Position numbers and translations under genes: made by a program
Notes under the pieces: generated by a model
Databases searched by the model: none
Seen by the model: the letters and a program-made list of their open reading frames with translations, nothing else
Told to the model about the DNA's origin: nothing
Part shown: piece after piece, positions 63,101 to 64,000 of the stretch
Layout of the letters: every line of letters starts with the position of its first letter
How positions within the stretch are numbered: position 1 is the stretch's first letter
Source of the DNA: Ranitomeya imitator
Lineage: Eukaryota
Direction of reading: 5' to 3'
Length of the DNA stretch: 64,000 bases
NCBI RefSeq assembly: GCF_032444005.1
Contig: NC_091283.1
Coordinates: forward strand, 168,640,001 to 168,704,000

Positions 63101-64000
63101 TGCAGATTATGCAACACCAGAAAGCGAATAACCTCCTGATGTGCAGGAGCCATGCACATGGTCAGCTGGGTCCAGTATTGAGGCTTATTCTTGGCCAAAG
63201 GCGTGGCATCAATTCCTCTCAATGGAATAGGACACTGCAAGGGCTCTAAGAGAAACCCACAACGCTTAGCATACTCCAAGTCCATCAAATTCAGGGCAGC
63301 GCCTGAATCCACAAATGCCATGACAGAATACGATGACAAAGAGCAGATCAAGGTAACGGGCAGAAGAAATTTTGACTGTACCGTACCAATGGTGGCAGAC
63401 CTAGCGAACCGCTTAGTGCGCTTAGGACAATCAGAGATAGCATGAGTGGAATCACCACAGTAGAAACACAGCCCATTCAGACGTCTGTGTTCTTGCCGTT
63501 TAACTCTGGTCAAAGTCCTATCGCACTGCATAGGCTCAGGTTTAAGCTCAGGTAATACCGCCAAATGGTGCACAGACTTACGCTCACGCAAGCGTCGACC
63601 GATCTGAATGGCCAAAGACATAGACTCATTCAAACCAGCAGGCATAGGAAATCCCACCATGACATCCTTAAGGGCTTCAGAGAGACCCTTTCTGAACATA
63701 GCTGCCAGCGCAGATTCATTCCATTGAGTGAGCACGGACCACTTTCTAAATTTCTGACAATATACCTCTATCTCATCCTGACCCTGACAAAGAGCCAGCA
63801 AATTTTTCTCTGCCTGATCCACTGAATTAGGTTCATCGTACAGCAATCCGAGCGCCAGGAAAAACGCATCGATATTACTCAATGCAGGATCTCCTGGCGC
63901 AAGAGAAAATGCCCAGTCCTGAGGGTCGCTGCGTAAAAAAGAAATAACAATCAAAACCTGTTGAACTGGATCACCAGAGGAGAGAGGTTTCAAGGCCAGA
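59941..64000 (-). mobile_element. Chromovirus-type Ty3/Gypsy gag-pol (gag, CCHC, protease, RT, RNase H, integrase, chromodomain), one in-frame TAG at 62599-62601
   Basis: CFYCGDSTHAISDC, FVDSGA, YLDD, VDAS/ELLA/TDHKNL, GHPG...CGIC, SMDF/SDRG/GQTE, chromodomain YLVKWKGY; both ORFs are in the same frame. Confidence 0.95.

Overview
Vertebrate genomic DNA, most likely an anuran amphibian (inferred from gene content and repeat families). Five protein-coding loci can be assembled by hand from splice sites: (1) the first coding exon of FTSJ1 (minus strand, gene runs off the left edge); (2) intronless SFT2D3, head-to-head with FTSJ1; (3) an 11-coding-exon SYCE1-family synaptonemal complex gene (279 aa); (4) an unassigned 7-coding-exon gene with one clear C-terminal death domain and a probable second, partial one (259-aa model); (5) MON1B on the minus strand (718 aa), tail-to-tail with gene 4. 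The rest is repeat-dense: a near-intact Tc1, a degraded Tc1 holding a TTAA-flanked element that carries telomere-like repeats, three non-autonomous Helitrons, L2 fragments, a tRNA-derived SINE, many MITEs, several minisatellites, two multi-kb satellites (about 44.6-51.7 kb and 52.4-58.2 kb), a possible Ngaro-like split-repeat terminus, and the 3' part of a chromodomain Ty3/Gypsy element with one premature stop. Exon models come from reading GT/AG sites and phases by eye; no database search was run.
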